Part shown: one piece after another, positions 51,997-59,922 of the stretch
Layout of the letters: each line of letters opens with the position of its first letter
How positions within the stretch are numbered: the stretch's first letter is position 1
NCBI GenBank assembly: GCA_041402005.1
Contig: JAWKTB010000001.1
Coordinates: forward strand, 147,740-211,739
Direction: 5' to 3'
Length of the DNA: 64,000 bases
Origin: Phycisphaerales bacterium
Lineage (GTDB): Bacteria > Planctomycetota > Phycisphaerae > Phycisphaerales > UBA1924
Translations under genes and position numbers: made by a program
The notes under the pieces: model-generated
Told to the model about the DNA's origin: nothing
What the model saw: the letters and a program-made list of their open reading frames with translations, nothing else
Databases searched by the model: none

Positions 51997-54087
51997 ATGA
52001 CGTGGGCGACCCCTCTCATCGCCGGCATTGCCGCAGCGGTCGCGATCCCGCTGCTCGTGCTGCTGTATTTCTTGAAGCTGCGCCGGCGCGAGATCGAGGT
52101 CTCCACCACCCTCCTCTGGAAGAAGGCCATCCAGGACCTCCAGGCCAACGCCCCCTTCCAGAAGCTCCGCCGCAACATTCTCCTTCTGCTCCAGCTCCTC
52201 ATGCTCGCCGCGGTCCTGCTCGCCATCGCCCAGCCCGAGAAGGCCACCACCTCCGGCATCGGACAACGCAACATCATCCTCCTCGACCGCTCCGCCTCCA
52301 TGGGCGCGACCGACGTCGAGGGCGATGGCTCGCGGAGCCGACTCGACGAGGCCAAGGCCCAGGCCCTCGACCTCGTCAACTCGATGCGCGAGCCGGGCGT
52401 CCTCGACCGGGGCGACGACGCGGCGGATCAGGCCATGGTCATTGCCTTCGACACCACCGCCGAGATCGTCGCCCAGCTCACGAGCGACAAGAACGTCCTC
52501 CGGCGCGCGATCGAGTCGGTGAAAGTCACCGACGCCCCCTCGCGCGTCAAGGAGGCCTTCCGTCTCGCCCAGGCGCAGCGTCCCGAGCGCTTCGTCGAGG
52601 GCGAGGGCCTCAACCGCGGCCCGCCCTTCTCGTTCCACCTCTACTCCGACGGTCGCCTCCCCGACGCCGACGAGGCGATCCCCTCGGTCGAGGACAAGGT
52701 CCTCTTCCACGTCATCGGCTCGCCCACCGCCAACAACGTCGCGATCACCGCCCTCCGCGCCGAACGCGCGTACGACAACCCGGCGCAGCTCTCCATCTTC
52801 GTCGGCGTGCAGTCCACCGACTCCGTCCGGCGGACCGTCGACTGCGAGCTCGCCCTGGACGGGCGCACCGTCGCCGTCCGCGAGGTCACGATCCCCGCCG
52901 CGTCCATCGACCCCGCGGGCGACGAGACCGAGGGCCAGCGCCGCCCGGGCGAGGGCGGCGTCGTCTTCGAGCTGGACATGCCCGACGGCGCCATCGCCCG
53001 CGTCCGCCTCGACACCGGCTCCTCGACCAATCCCGCCGCCGACGTCCTCGCCGTCGACGATCAGGGCTGGCTCGTCGTCCCCCCCGCGCGTCAGACCTCG
53101 GTCGCGATCGTGACCGACGGCAACCTCTTCCTCGCCGACGCCCTCGCCGGCATGCCCCTCGCCCGCCTCGACATCTTCAAGCCCAGCGAGTTCCAGACCG
53201 CCCGCGCCGCCGGACGCGCCGACATCTACGACGTCGTCGTGCTCGACTCGTGGCTCCCCCAGGTCGCCCCGCCCGCGTCACTGCCCCCGGGGCGCTGGCT
53301 CGTGCTCGGCGCCGTCCCCCAGGGGCCCGACGGGCTCATCGACAAAGGTGGTGGCGGCCCGGCGCAGATCCTCGTCTGGTCGCGCTCCCACCCCGCGATG
53401 CGTGACCTGACGCTCGACGCCCTGACCATCATTGAGTCGCGCAACGTCGAGCTGCCCGAGGGCTCGGGCGCGATCACCCTCGCCGAGACCGCGCAGGGGC
53501 CCGCGATCGTCGAGCTGCCCGCCCCCGACTCGCGCGCGATCGTCGTCCCCTTCGACGTGATGAACACGAACTGGCCCTTCAACGCGAGCTTCGTGCTCTT
53601 CCTCGCGCAGGCGATCGACTACCTGGACCGGGACGCGGCGGACGCCGCCGCCGCCAGCGGAGCGGGGCGCCTCTTCCGTCCGGGCGACGTCCTCACCGAC
53701 CGCCTCCCGCCGGGCGTGACCAACGTCCGCGTCGATCCCCCCTCGCCCCAGCCCGAGCAGGAGCTGGTCCCCGCGCCCGACGGACGCATCGCCTTCGGCC
53801 CGATCCGAGGCGTGGGCGTCTACCGGCTCCGCTGGACGGGCGCCGCGGGCGCGACCGACCAGCGCGACGGCCAGCGCGTGACCCGCCACTTCGCCGCCAA
53901 CCTCACCGACCCCGACGAATCCAACGTCACCGCCGCCACCCAGATCACGCTGGGCACGGAGACCAAGAGCGCCGAGCAATCCGGCGCCGACGAAGCCGTA
54001 AAAAGGTACTGGCCGTACCTGCTGATGGTCGCGCTGGGGGTGCTGATGGTCGAGTGGTGGATCTACAACCGGAAGGTCGCGGTGTGA
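51997..54087 (+). CDS. BatA-like VWA-domain membrane protein
   Basis: N-terminal double TM with PLLVLLYFLKLRRREIEVSTTLLW. VWA MIDAS NIILLDRSASMGATD. C-terminal TM YWPYLLMVALGVLMVEWWIY. Confidence 0.8.
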   Translation: MTWATPLIAGIAAAVAIPLLVLLYFLKLRRREIEVSTTLLWKKAIQDLQANAPFQKLRRNILLLLQLLMLAAVLLAIAQPEKATTSGIGQRNIILLDRSASMGATDVEGDGSRSRLDEAKAQALDLVNSMREPGVLDRGDDAADQAMVIAFDTTAEIVAQLTSDKNVLRRAIESVKVTDAPSRVKEAFRLAQAQRPERFVEGEGLNRGPPFSFHLYSDGRLPDADEAIPSVEDKVLFHVIGSPTANNVAITALRAERAYDNPAQLSIFVGVQSTDSVRRTVDCELALDGRTVAVREVTIPAASIDPAGDETEGQRRPGEGGVVFELDMPDGAIARVRLDTGSSTNPAADVLAVDDQGWLVVPPARQTSVAIVTDGNLFLADALAGMPLARLDIFKPSEFQTARAAGRADIYDVVVLDSWLPQVAPPASLPPGRWLVLGAVPQGPDGLIDKGGGGPAQILVWSRSHPAMRDLTLDALTIIESRNVELPEGSGAITLAETAQGPAIVELPAPDSRAIVVPFDVMNTNWPFNASFVLFLAQAIDYLDRDAADAAAASGAGRLFRPGDVLTDRLPPGVTNVRVDPPSPQPEQELVPAPDGRIAFGPIRGVGVYRLRWTGAAGATDQRDGQRVTRHFAANLTDPDESNVTAATQITLGTETKSAEQSGADEAVKRYWPYLLMVALGVLMVEWWIYNRKVAV

Positions 54088-56261
54088 GGCTCGCCCGGGG
54101 GCTCGCGCTCGTCGTCCTCGCGCTCGCGTCCTCGCTCGCCCGGGCCCAGGCGCCCGCGTCCGATCCTGACCAGATCGCTATCGAGGTCTCGTGGGGCTTC
54201 TCCGGCGCGATGGTCGCCGAGCGCTGGTCCCCGGTCCGTTTCAACATCTCCACGGGCTCGCGCGCCGTCTCCGGCGAGGTCCGGATCACCTACCGCCAGG
54301 ACGCCGCCCAGGACATGGCGATCGCCCTGCCCTTCGCGACCACGCCGGGCAAGACGGTCCCGATCGAGGCGGCCCTGGCGCTTCCCCTCGGCTGTGATCT
54401 GGTGCGCGTGCGCGTCATCGACGACCGGGGAAAACGCCTCGCCTCCATGGACTTCCGCTCCGACGCGGACGACCCTGCCCTCTTCCTGCCCAACATCCTG
54501 ACGAGCGAGGGCGCGACAGTGCTCGAACTCGGGGGCACGACCCTGCCGGTCGCCGCACTCGCGATCCAGCAGCGCCCCCCCGGCAAGGAGTGGGACGACC
54601 CGCCCGGCGCGGGTACCTGGTGGCCACTCGTCAGCGTCTGGCGCGTAAACCCCGACCACCTCCCGACGTCGTGGATGTCGTACGACGGCGTCTCGGCGAT
54701 CGTCATCGAAGCGCGGCAGCTCACGTCCCTCCGCCCGGACGTGCTGCTGGCGCTGCGCCGCTGGCTCGAGTCGGGCGGCGCGATGGTCGTGCTCGCCGCC
54801 GACGCGGGCGATGGGTGGAGCTTGATCGCCCCGCGCGTGGAGGGCGAGGCGATCGCCAGTCTCGCACCCGCGACAAGTGTCTCCCGCCCCTCGGAGCTGC
54901 GCCCGCTCGTGCGCGAGGCCGCCGAGGAGATCGCCGCCAGGCCGATCACGCTGAGCCCCGCCGCCGAGCGCCTCGGCTGGCGCGCCCGCTGGGAGCTGCG
55001 CCACGACGCGGGCGCCCTGCTGATCGAGGGCCCGGTCGGCTTCGGCTGGCTGACGATCCTGGGCACACGCCCGGAGCGAGTCCCGAAGGTCGCGAGCGAC
55101 GCCGAGGCCGCCGCCATCTGGCGCAACGCCCTCAACCCGAGCGTCGGGCGCTGGATCAGGCCACGCGAGGGGCGCGTCTGGTACAACCAGTGGGGCGCCT
55201 CGGGCGCCACGCCCCAGCACCAGGGCGCCATCGCCTCGATCCTCGATCACATCCTCCGCGTCCCGACTCCCGGGCTCGGCGTCTTCATCGTGCTCGTTCT
55301 TTTCATCGTCCTGCTCGCGGCGCTCGTCGGGCCGGTGGACGCGATCGTGCTCAAGAAGCTGCGTCGCCGCCAGCTCTCCTGGGCGACGGCGCTCGCGTAC
55401 ACCCTCGTCGCCTCCGTCCTCGCCGCGGGGATCCCCGTCGCGATGCGCTCGGGGAACACTATCTATTCCCGCGCCTCGTGCGTGGACGTGCTCGCCCCGC
55501 AACTCGGCTCGCGCGCGGAGCGCTCGGCGCTGAGCTCCGTCTTCGCCGCCACCTCCGGACGCGTCGGCGTGGAGAACCCCGCCCCCGGCTCCTGGTGGCG
55601 CCCGGTCTCCGCCCTCGCCTCGTACTTCGACGTCCCCGCCGGCCCGACCCTGAGCACGCTCCAGTCCGCGCGTGCCACCCCGACCGGCGTCGTGCGCGAG
55701 AACGTCCCCGACCCCGCCATCCCCGGCGCGCTGCGCCTCTGGACGCTCCGCACCACGCTCGACCAGGGCCCGACGTCGGCGCCCCTCGTCTCGATCGAGG
55801 CGGGTGAGCGCCCGAGTGAATGCCGCGTCCGCCTCATCGGACTCGACGGCGTCGAGCGCATCACCCAGGCCGACGTTCGCCTCCCGGCGCGGACGAAGCA
55901 GCGCTGGACCACCCCCGCGACGACGATCGAATCCGACGGCGTCACGATCACCTTCGACGCTGCCGCCATCGGCATGCCCGCGCCGCCCCGGGACTGGCTC
56001 CCCGCCGACAAGCAGGACGACGACACAGACTGGGAGTACGCCGCCGGCGCCGCCTACCGCCCGGCCCGGTTCCTCGACCTGCCGGGCGCCTGGCGGCGCA
56101 CCAGCGCGATCGACCAGTACGCGGTCTACGGCCAGTGCGCCCTGATCTACCTCGAACTCTGGCGCGCCGCGCCCGACGTCTCCATCACCCGCCCCGCCGA
56201 CGTCGCAACGCTCGAGGTCTACCGCGTCGTCGTCCCCCTGCCCGAGGAGCCCGCCCCGTGA
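54084..56261 (+). CDS. hypothetical signal-peptide/membrane protein of the MoxR-Bat cluster
   Basis: GTG overlaps the upstream stop (GTGTGA). Signal peptide LALVVLALASSLARAQA. Internal TM pair GLGVFIVLVLFIVLLAALVG / ALAYTLVASVLAAGIPVA. Confidence 0.55.
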   Translation: MRLARGLALVVLALASSLARAQAPASDPDQIAIEVSWGFSGAMVAERWSPVRFNISTGSRAVSGEVRITYRQDAAQDMAIALPFATTPGKTVPIEAALALPLGCDLVRVRVIDDRGKRLASMDFRSDADDPALFLPNILTSEGATVLELGGTTLPVAALAIQQRPPGKEWDDPPGAGTWWPLVSVWRVNPDHLPTSWMSYDGVSAIVIEARQLTSLRPDVLLALRRWLESGGAMVVLAADAGDGWSLIAPRVEGEAIASLAPATSVSRPSELRPLVREAAEEIAARPITLSPAAERLGWRARWELRHDAGALLIEGPVGFGWLTILGTRPERVPKVASDAEAAAIWRNALNPSVGRWIRPREGRVWYNQWGASGATPQHQGAIASILDHILRVPTPGLGVFIVLVLFIVLLAALVGPVDAIVLKKLRRRQLSWATALAYTLVASVLAAGIPVAMRSGNTIYSRASCVDVLAPQLGSRAERSALSSVFAATSGRVGVENPAPGSWWRPVSALASYFDVPAGPTLSTLQSARATPTGVVRENVPDPAIPGALRLWTLRTTLDQGPTSAPLVSIEAGERPSECRVRLIGLDGVERITQADVRLPARTKQRWTTPATTIESDGVTITFDAAAIGMPAPPRDWLPADKQDDDTDWEYAAGAAYRPARFLDLPGAWRRTSAIDQYAVYGQCALIYLELWRAAPDVSITRPADVATLEVYRVVVPLPEEPAP

Positions 56262-57211
56262 TCGAGATCAAGGGCCTGACCAAGCGCTTCGGCGCCCTCA
56301 CCGCCGTCGACGATCTCTCCCTCTCGATCAACGCGGGCGAGATCTTCGGCTTCATCGGGCCCAACGGCGCCGGCAAGTCCACCACCATGAAGATCCTCGC
56401 CTGCCTCCTCCAGCCCGACGCCGGCGAGGCGAGCGTCGCCGGGTGCGACGTCCGACGCGACGGCGACCGCATCCGTCGCCTCCTCGGATACATGCCCGAT
56501 TTCATCGGGTACTACGACGACCTCACCGTCGATGAGTACCTCCAGTTCTTCGCCGCCGCATTCCGCATCTCGCGCAAGTCCCGGCGCGCCACCATCGACG
56601 GCGTCCTCGAGCTCACCGACCTCACCGACAAGCGCGACGCCATGGTCGCCAGCCTCTCGCGGGGCATGTCCCAGCGCCTCGGCGTCGCGCGCGTCCTCAT
56701 CCACGACCCCAAGGTCCTCCTGCTCGACGAGCCCGCCTCGGGCCTCGACCCCCGCGCCCGCATCGAGATGCGCGAGCTCCTCGCCGAGCTCGCCCGCATG
56801 GGCAAGACGCTCATGGTCTCCAGCCACATCCTCAGCGAGCTCGCCGAGATGTGCTCCTCGATCGGCATCATCGAGAAGGGCAAGCTGATCTACGCCGGCT
56901 CGATCGACGAGGCGTACGACCGCGTCAAGGGGGGCGAGCGCGTCGTCATTCGCCTGGAGGCGACCGAGGACGTGGACCTGGTTTCCAGCGTCGTGGCCTC
57001 GAAGCTCGCCGAGGACGAACGCGTCCTGTCCGCGACGCCCGACGCGGACAAGCCCGCGATCATCCGCGTCGAGCTCGCGCCGGGCCAGCACGGGCACCAC
57101 TTCCTGATCGAGCGCGTCATCGCCGCCGGCGGTCGGATCGCGGCCTTCGAGCCCAAGGGCGTGAACCTGGAGGACGCGTTCCTGCGCCTGACGAAGGGCG
57201 CGGTGCAATGA
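56258..57211 (+). CDS. ABC transporter ATP-binding protein (ABC-2 type)
   Basis: GPNGAGKSTT (Walker A), LSRGMSQRLGVA (signature), LLLDEPASGLD (Walker B). GTG overlaps the upstream stop (GTGA). Confidence 0.9.
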   Translation: MIEIKGLTKRFGALTAVDDLSLSINAGEIFGFIGPNGAGKSTTMKILACLLQPDAGEASVAGCDVRRDGDRIRRLLGYMPDFIGYYDDLTVDEYLQFFAAAFRISRKSRRATIDGVLELTDLTDKRDAMVASLSRGMSQRLGVARVLIHDPKVLLLDEPASGLDPRARIEMRELLAELARMGKTLMVSSHILSELAEMCSSIGIIEKGKLIYAGSIDEAYDRVKGGERVVIRLEATEDVDLVSSVVASKLAEDERVLSATPDADKPAIIRVELAPGQHGHHFLIERVIAAGGRIAAFEPKGVNLEDAFLRLTKGAVQ

Positions 57212-59103
57212 GTGAGTCGGCCCCCAGCGTGGAGAGCGCCCCCGGACGCCCGCCGTCGCGAGCCGCGACGATCGCGGGCGCGCTGCTCCCCTGGCGTCTC
57301 TTCTTCGGCCCCGTCTTCCAGAAGGAGATGCGCGTCTCCGGACGCAAGCTCTCGACCTACCTCGCCCGGACGGCCTACGCCCTGATCCTCGCCCTCGTCG
57401 TCGTGCTCACCTTCTGGCAGGCGTGGGAGGCATCGGGGTACACCGATTCAGCGTCCGGACGCCTCCAATCCCTCCAGAACCTGGCGCCGAGCGTCGTCGT
57501 CGCCGTGCTCTGGTTCCAGTTCGTCGCGACACTCCTGCTCGCGCCAGTGATGGCCTCGGGCACGATCTGCGACGAGCGCCGGGCCCAGACCCTGCCCACG
57601 CTCCTGACCACCCCGTTGACCGCGCTCGAGATCGTCTGCTCCAAGATGGCCAGCCGCCTGGCCCACCTGCTCATCCTCGCGCTGCTGGCGCTGCCGATCC
57701 TGCTCGGGATCCGCCTCTTCGGCGGCGTCCGCGCCGAGACGATCCTCGCCGGCGCCGCCCTGACGATCTCCTGCGCGATCCTCGCCGCCGCCGTCGGTGT
57801 CCTCGCTTCCACGCTCTCTAGGCGGGGCACGATCGCCGCCCTGCTCACCTACATCTTCCTTTTCGCCATCTTCCTCGCCCCGCCCATGCTCGCGATGCGC
57901 TACAACGCGTTCATCGACGAGACCTTCGGCGACGACACCCGCCTGACCGACCTCATCGGCGAGTCCGCCCCCGACTGGCCAGCCACCATCCCGCCGACGC
58001 TCATCATCGGCTCCAGCCCTCCCGCCGCCATGGGCGTCGTCACCATCGACCCGCCCAACGGCATCGACGCGCGCACGCTCTGGGTTGGCTCGACGATCTA
58101 CACGCTCGTCCTCGCCCTGGGCTCGACGCTGCTCGCCTCCGCCTCCGTCCGGCGCACGATGCGTCGCTCGATCGACGAGAGCGCCCCGCGCCGTCGACGC
58201 CGACGCAAGCGTGGCGCGAGCCCGGACGCCGAGCCCGAGCCCGCGAGACTCTCGCATCGGCGCTCGCGCACCGTCTCCGACCGCCCCGTCTTCTGGCGCG
58301 AGCTCCGCCAGCCCCTGTTCAACCGACGCCGGACGTTCGCCTTCGCCGTCGTCGTCGTCCTCATCGTCGCCCTGCTCACGTATCCCGGCAACCTGCACGA
58401 CCAGGGCGTCGCGATGATCCCGGTCGGGCTGGGCATGATCCTGCTCGTGCTCCAGGCGGCGCTGCTGTCCGCCCCAGGCTTTGCCGCCGAGCGCGAGGCC
58501 CGCACGCTCGACACGCTCCTCACCACCCGCCTACGCGCCTCGGAGATCGTCTGGGGCAAGGCCCTGGGCGCCGTCCGCAAGCAGTGGTTCCTGCCACTCC
58601 TGCTCATGCTCCACGCCGGGCTCCTCGTCGTTTTCGGCGCCGAGCACTGGCTCCTGCTCGTCCAACTCCCCATCATCATGCTCGGGCCGATCGTGATGCT
58701 CGCCGGGACGGGCGTCTACTTCGGCCTCCGCTTCCGCAAGACCGTCACCGCCTCGGGCGTCAACCTCGCCCTCGCCCTCGCGCTCTGGCTCGGGTGGCCG
58801 ATCCTGATGGGCTTGCTCTTCGGCGCCCTCGAGGTCGCGTCCTACGACGTCGCCAACGCCGTCGCCTCGGTCACGCTCTTCCTCAACCCCATCGCCATCC
58901 CCGTCGTCATCACCGAAGGCCTACACGGCGTCTCGGGGCTCTCCCTCGACGCCATCGACTATGACCTGCCGATGGACGACCCGGGCCCCCTCGTCGTCAC
59001 GGCCCTGCTCGTCGTCTGCTCGGGCGCCCAGGCCGGCGTCGGCCTCCTCGCCGCACGCCTCGCCCAGGCCCGCTTCTCCCGCTACACCGGGCGCACGTCC
59101 TGA
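57208..59103 (+). CDS. large ABC-2-type transporter permease (two fused halves)
   Basis: ATG overlaps the ATPase stop (ATGA). Two blocks of about 6 hydrophobic segments are separated by an Arg-rich linker (RRRRRKRGASPD). Each half begins with an FxxExR-like motif (VFQKEMRV / VFWRELRQ). Confidence 0.65.
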   Translation: MSESAPSVESAPGRPPSRAATIAGALLPWRLFFGPVFQKEMRVSGRKLSTYLARTAYALILALVVVLTFWQAWEASGYTDSASGRLQSLQNLAPSVVVAVLWFQFVATLLLAPVMASGTICDERRAQTLPTLLTTPLTALEIVCSKMASRLAHLLILALLALPILLGIRLFGGVRAETILAGAALTISCAILAAAVGVLASTLSRRGTIAALLTYIFLFAIFLAPPMLAMRYNAFIDETFGDDTRLTDLIGESAPDWPATIPPTLIIGSSPPAAMGVVTIDPPNGIDARTLWVGSTIYTLVLALGSTLLASASVRRTMRRSIDESAPRRRRRRKRGASPDAEPEPARLSHRRSRTVSDRPVFWRELRQPLFNRRRTFAFAVVVVLIVALLTYPGNLHDQGVAMIPVGLGMILLVLQAALLSAPGFAAEREARTLDTLLTTRLRASEIVWGKALGAVRKQWFLPLLLMLHAGLLVVFGAEHWLLLVQLPIIMLGPIVMLAGTGVYFGLRFRKTVTASGVNLALALALWLGWPILMGLLFGALEVASYDVANAVASVTLFLNPIAIPVVITEGLHGVSGLSLDAIDYDLPMDDPGPLVVTALLVVCSGAQAGVGLLAARLAQARFSRYTGRTS

Positions 59104-59133
59104 AGGTGGGGCGGTCGAGCGCGCCGGCCTCCC

Positions 59134-59832
59134 CTACTCCACGAACACCCCGATCTCGTCGATCCCCTTGCGCTCGATCTTCGGCACCACGCAATCCTCG
59201 GTCGGATACCCCACCGGGATCAGCAGATACGCCTTCTCGTGCTCGGGCCTCCCGAGCACCTCGCGCAAAAACCCCATCGGGCTCGGCGTGTGCGTGAGCG
59301 TCACCAGCCCCGCCTGGTGCGCCGCCGTGAGCAACATCCCGACCGCGATCCCCACGCTCTCGTTCAGGTAGTACGTCTGCCCACCGTCGTCCGTCTTCTT
59401 GAGCGCGAACACGACGATCAACCAGGGCGCGATCTCGAGGAACCGCTTATCCGGGTTGGTGCCGAAGGGCTTGAGGTCCTCCAGCCAACGCTCGCTGGCC
59501 CGGCGCTCGTAGAACTCCCGCTCCTCGCCTTCCGCCGCCTCGCGGATCTTCCGCTTCATCTCCGGGTTGCTGACCGCGACGAATCGCCAGGGCTGCTTGT
59601 TCGCCCCGCTGGGCGCCGTCCCCGCCGCCCGGATCACCCACTCGATCGTCTCCCGCGAGACCGGGCGGTCGGAGAACATCCGCACCGTCCGCCGAAGCTT
59701 CATCGTCTCGTAGAACCGCCTCGCCGCGGCTTCGGCCCCCTCCGGAGGCTCATGCGATTCGAGGGGGATGTGCGGCGCGTCCGCCGGTGGCGGCCCATAC
59801 AGGGGCGAGCCCTCGCCTGTGCCCTTGTCCAT
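59134..59832 (-). CDS. nitroreductase-family flavoprotein, iodotyrosine-deiodinase-like subgroup
   Basis: RRTVRMFSDRPV, APSGANKQPWRFV, EREFYERRASERWLEDLKPFGT, VGMLLTAAHQAGL. Confidence 0.65.
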   Translation of the reverse strand: MDKGTGEGSPLYGPPPADAPHIPLESHEPPEGAEAAARRFYETMKLRRTVRMFSDRPVSRETIEWVIRAAGTAPSGANKQPWRFVAVSNPEMKRKIREAAEGEEREFYERRASERWLEDLKPFGTNPDKRFLEIAPWLIVVFALKKTDDGGQTYYLNESVGIAVGMLLTAAHQAGLVTLTHTPSPMGFLREVLGRPEHEKAYLLIPVGYPTEDCVVPKIERKGIDEIGVFVE

Positions 59833-59922
59833 CCGGCAACCTCCTCTCAGGCGAGGATACTCGTGTCCTCCACCCGCCTCGCCGGGTGCAGCCCCTTACT
59901 GCCAGACCGCCGATATCCCGGG

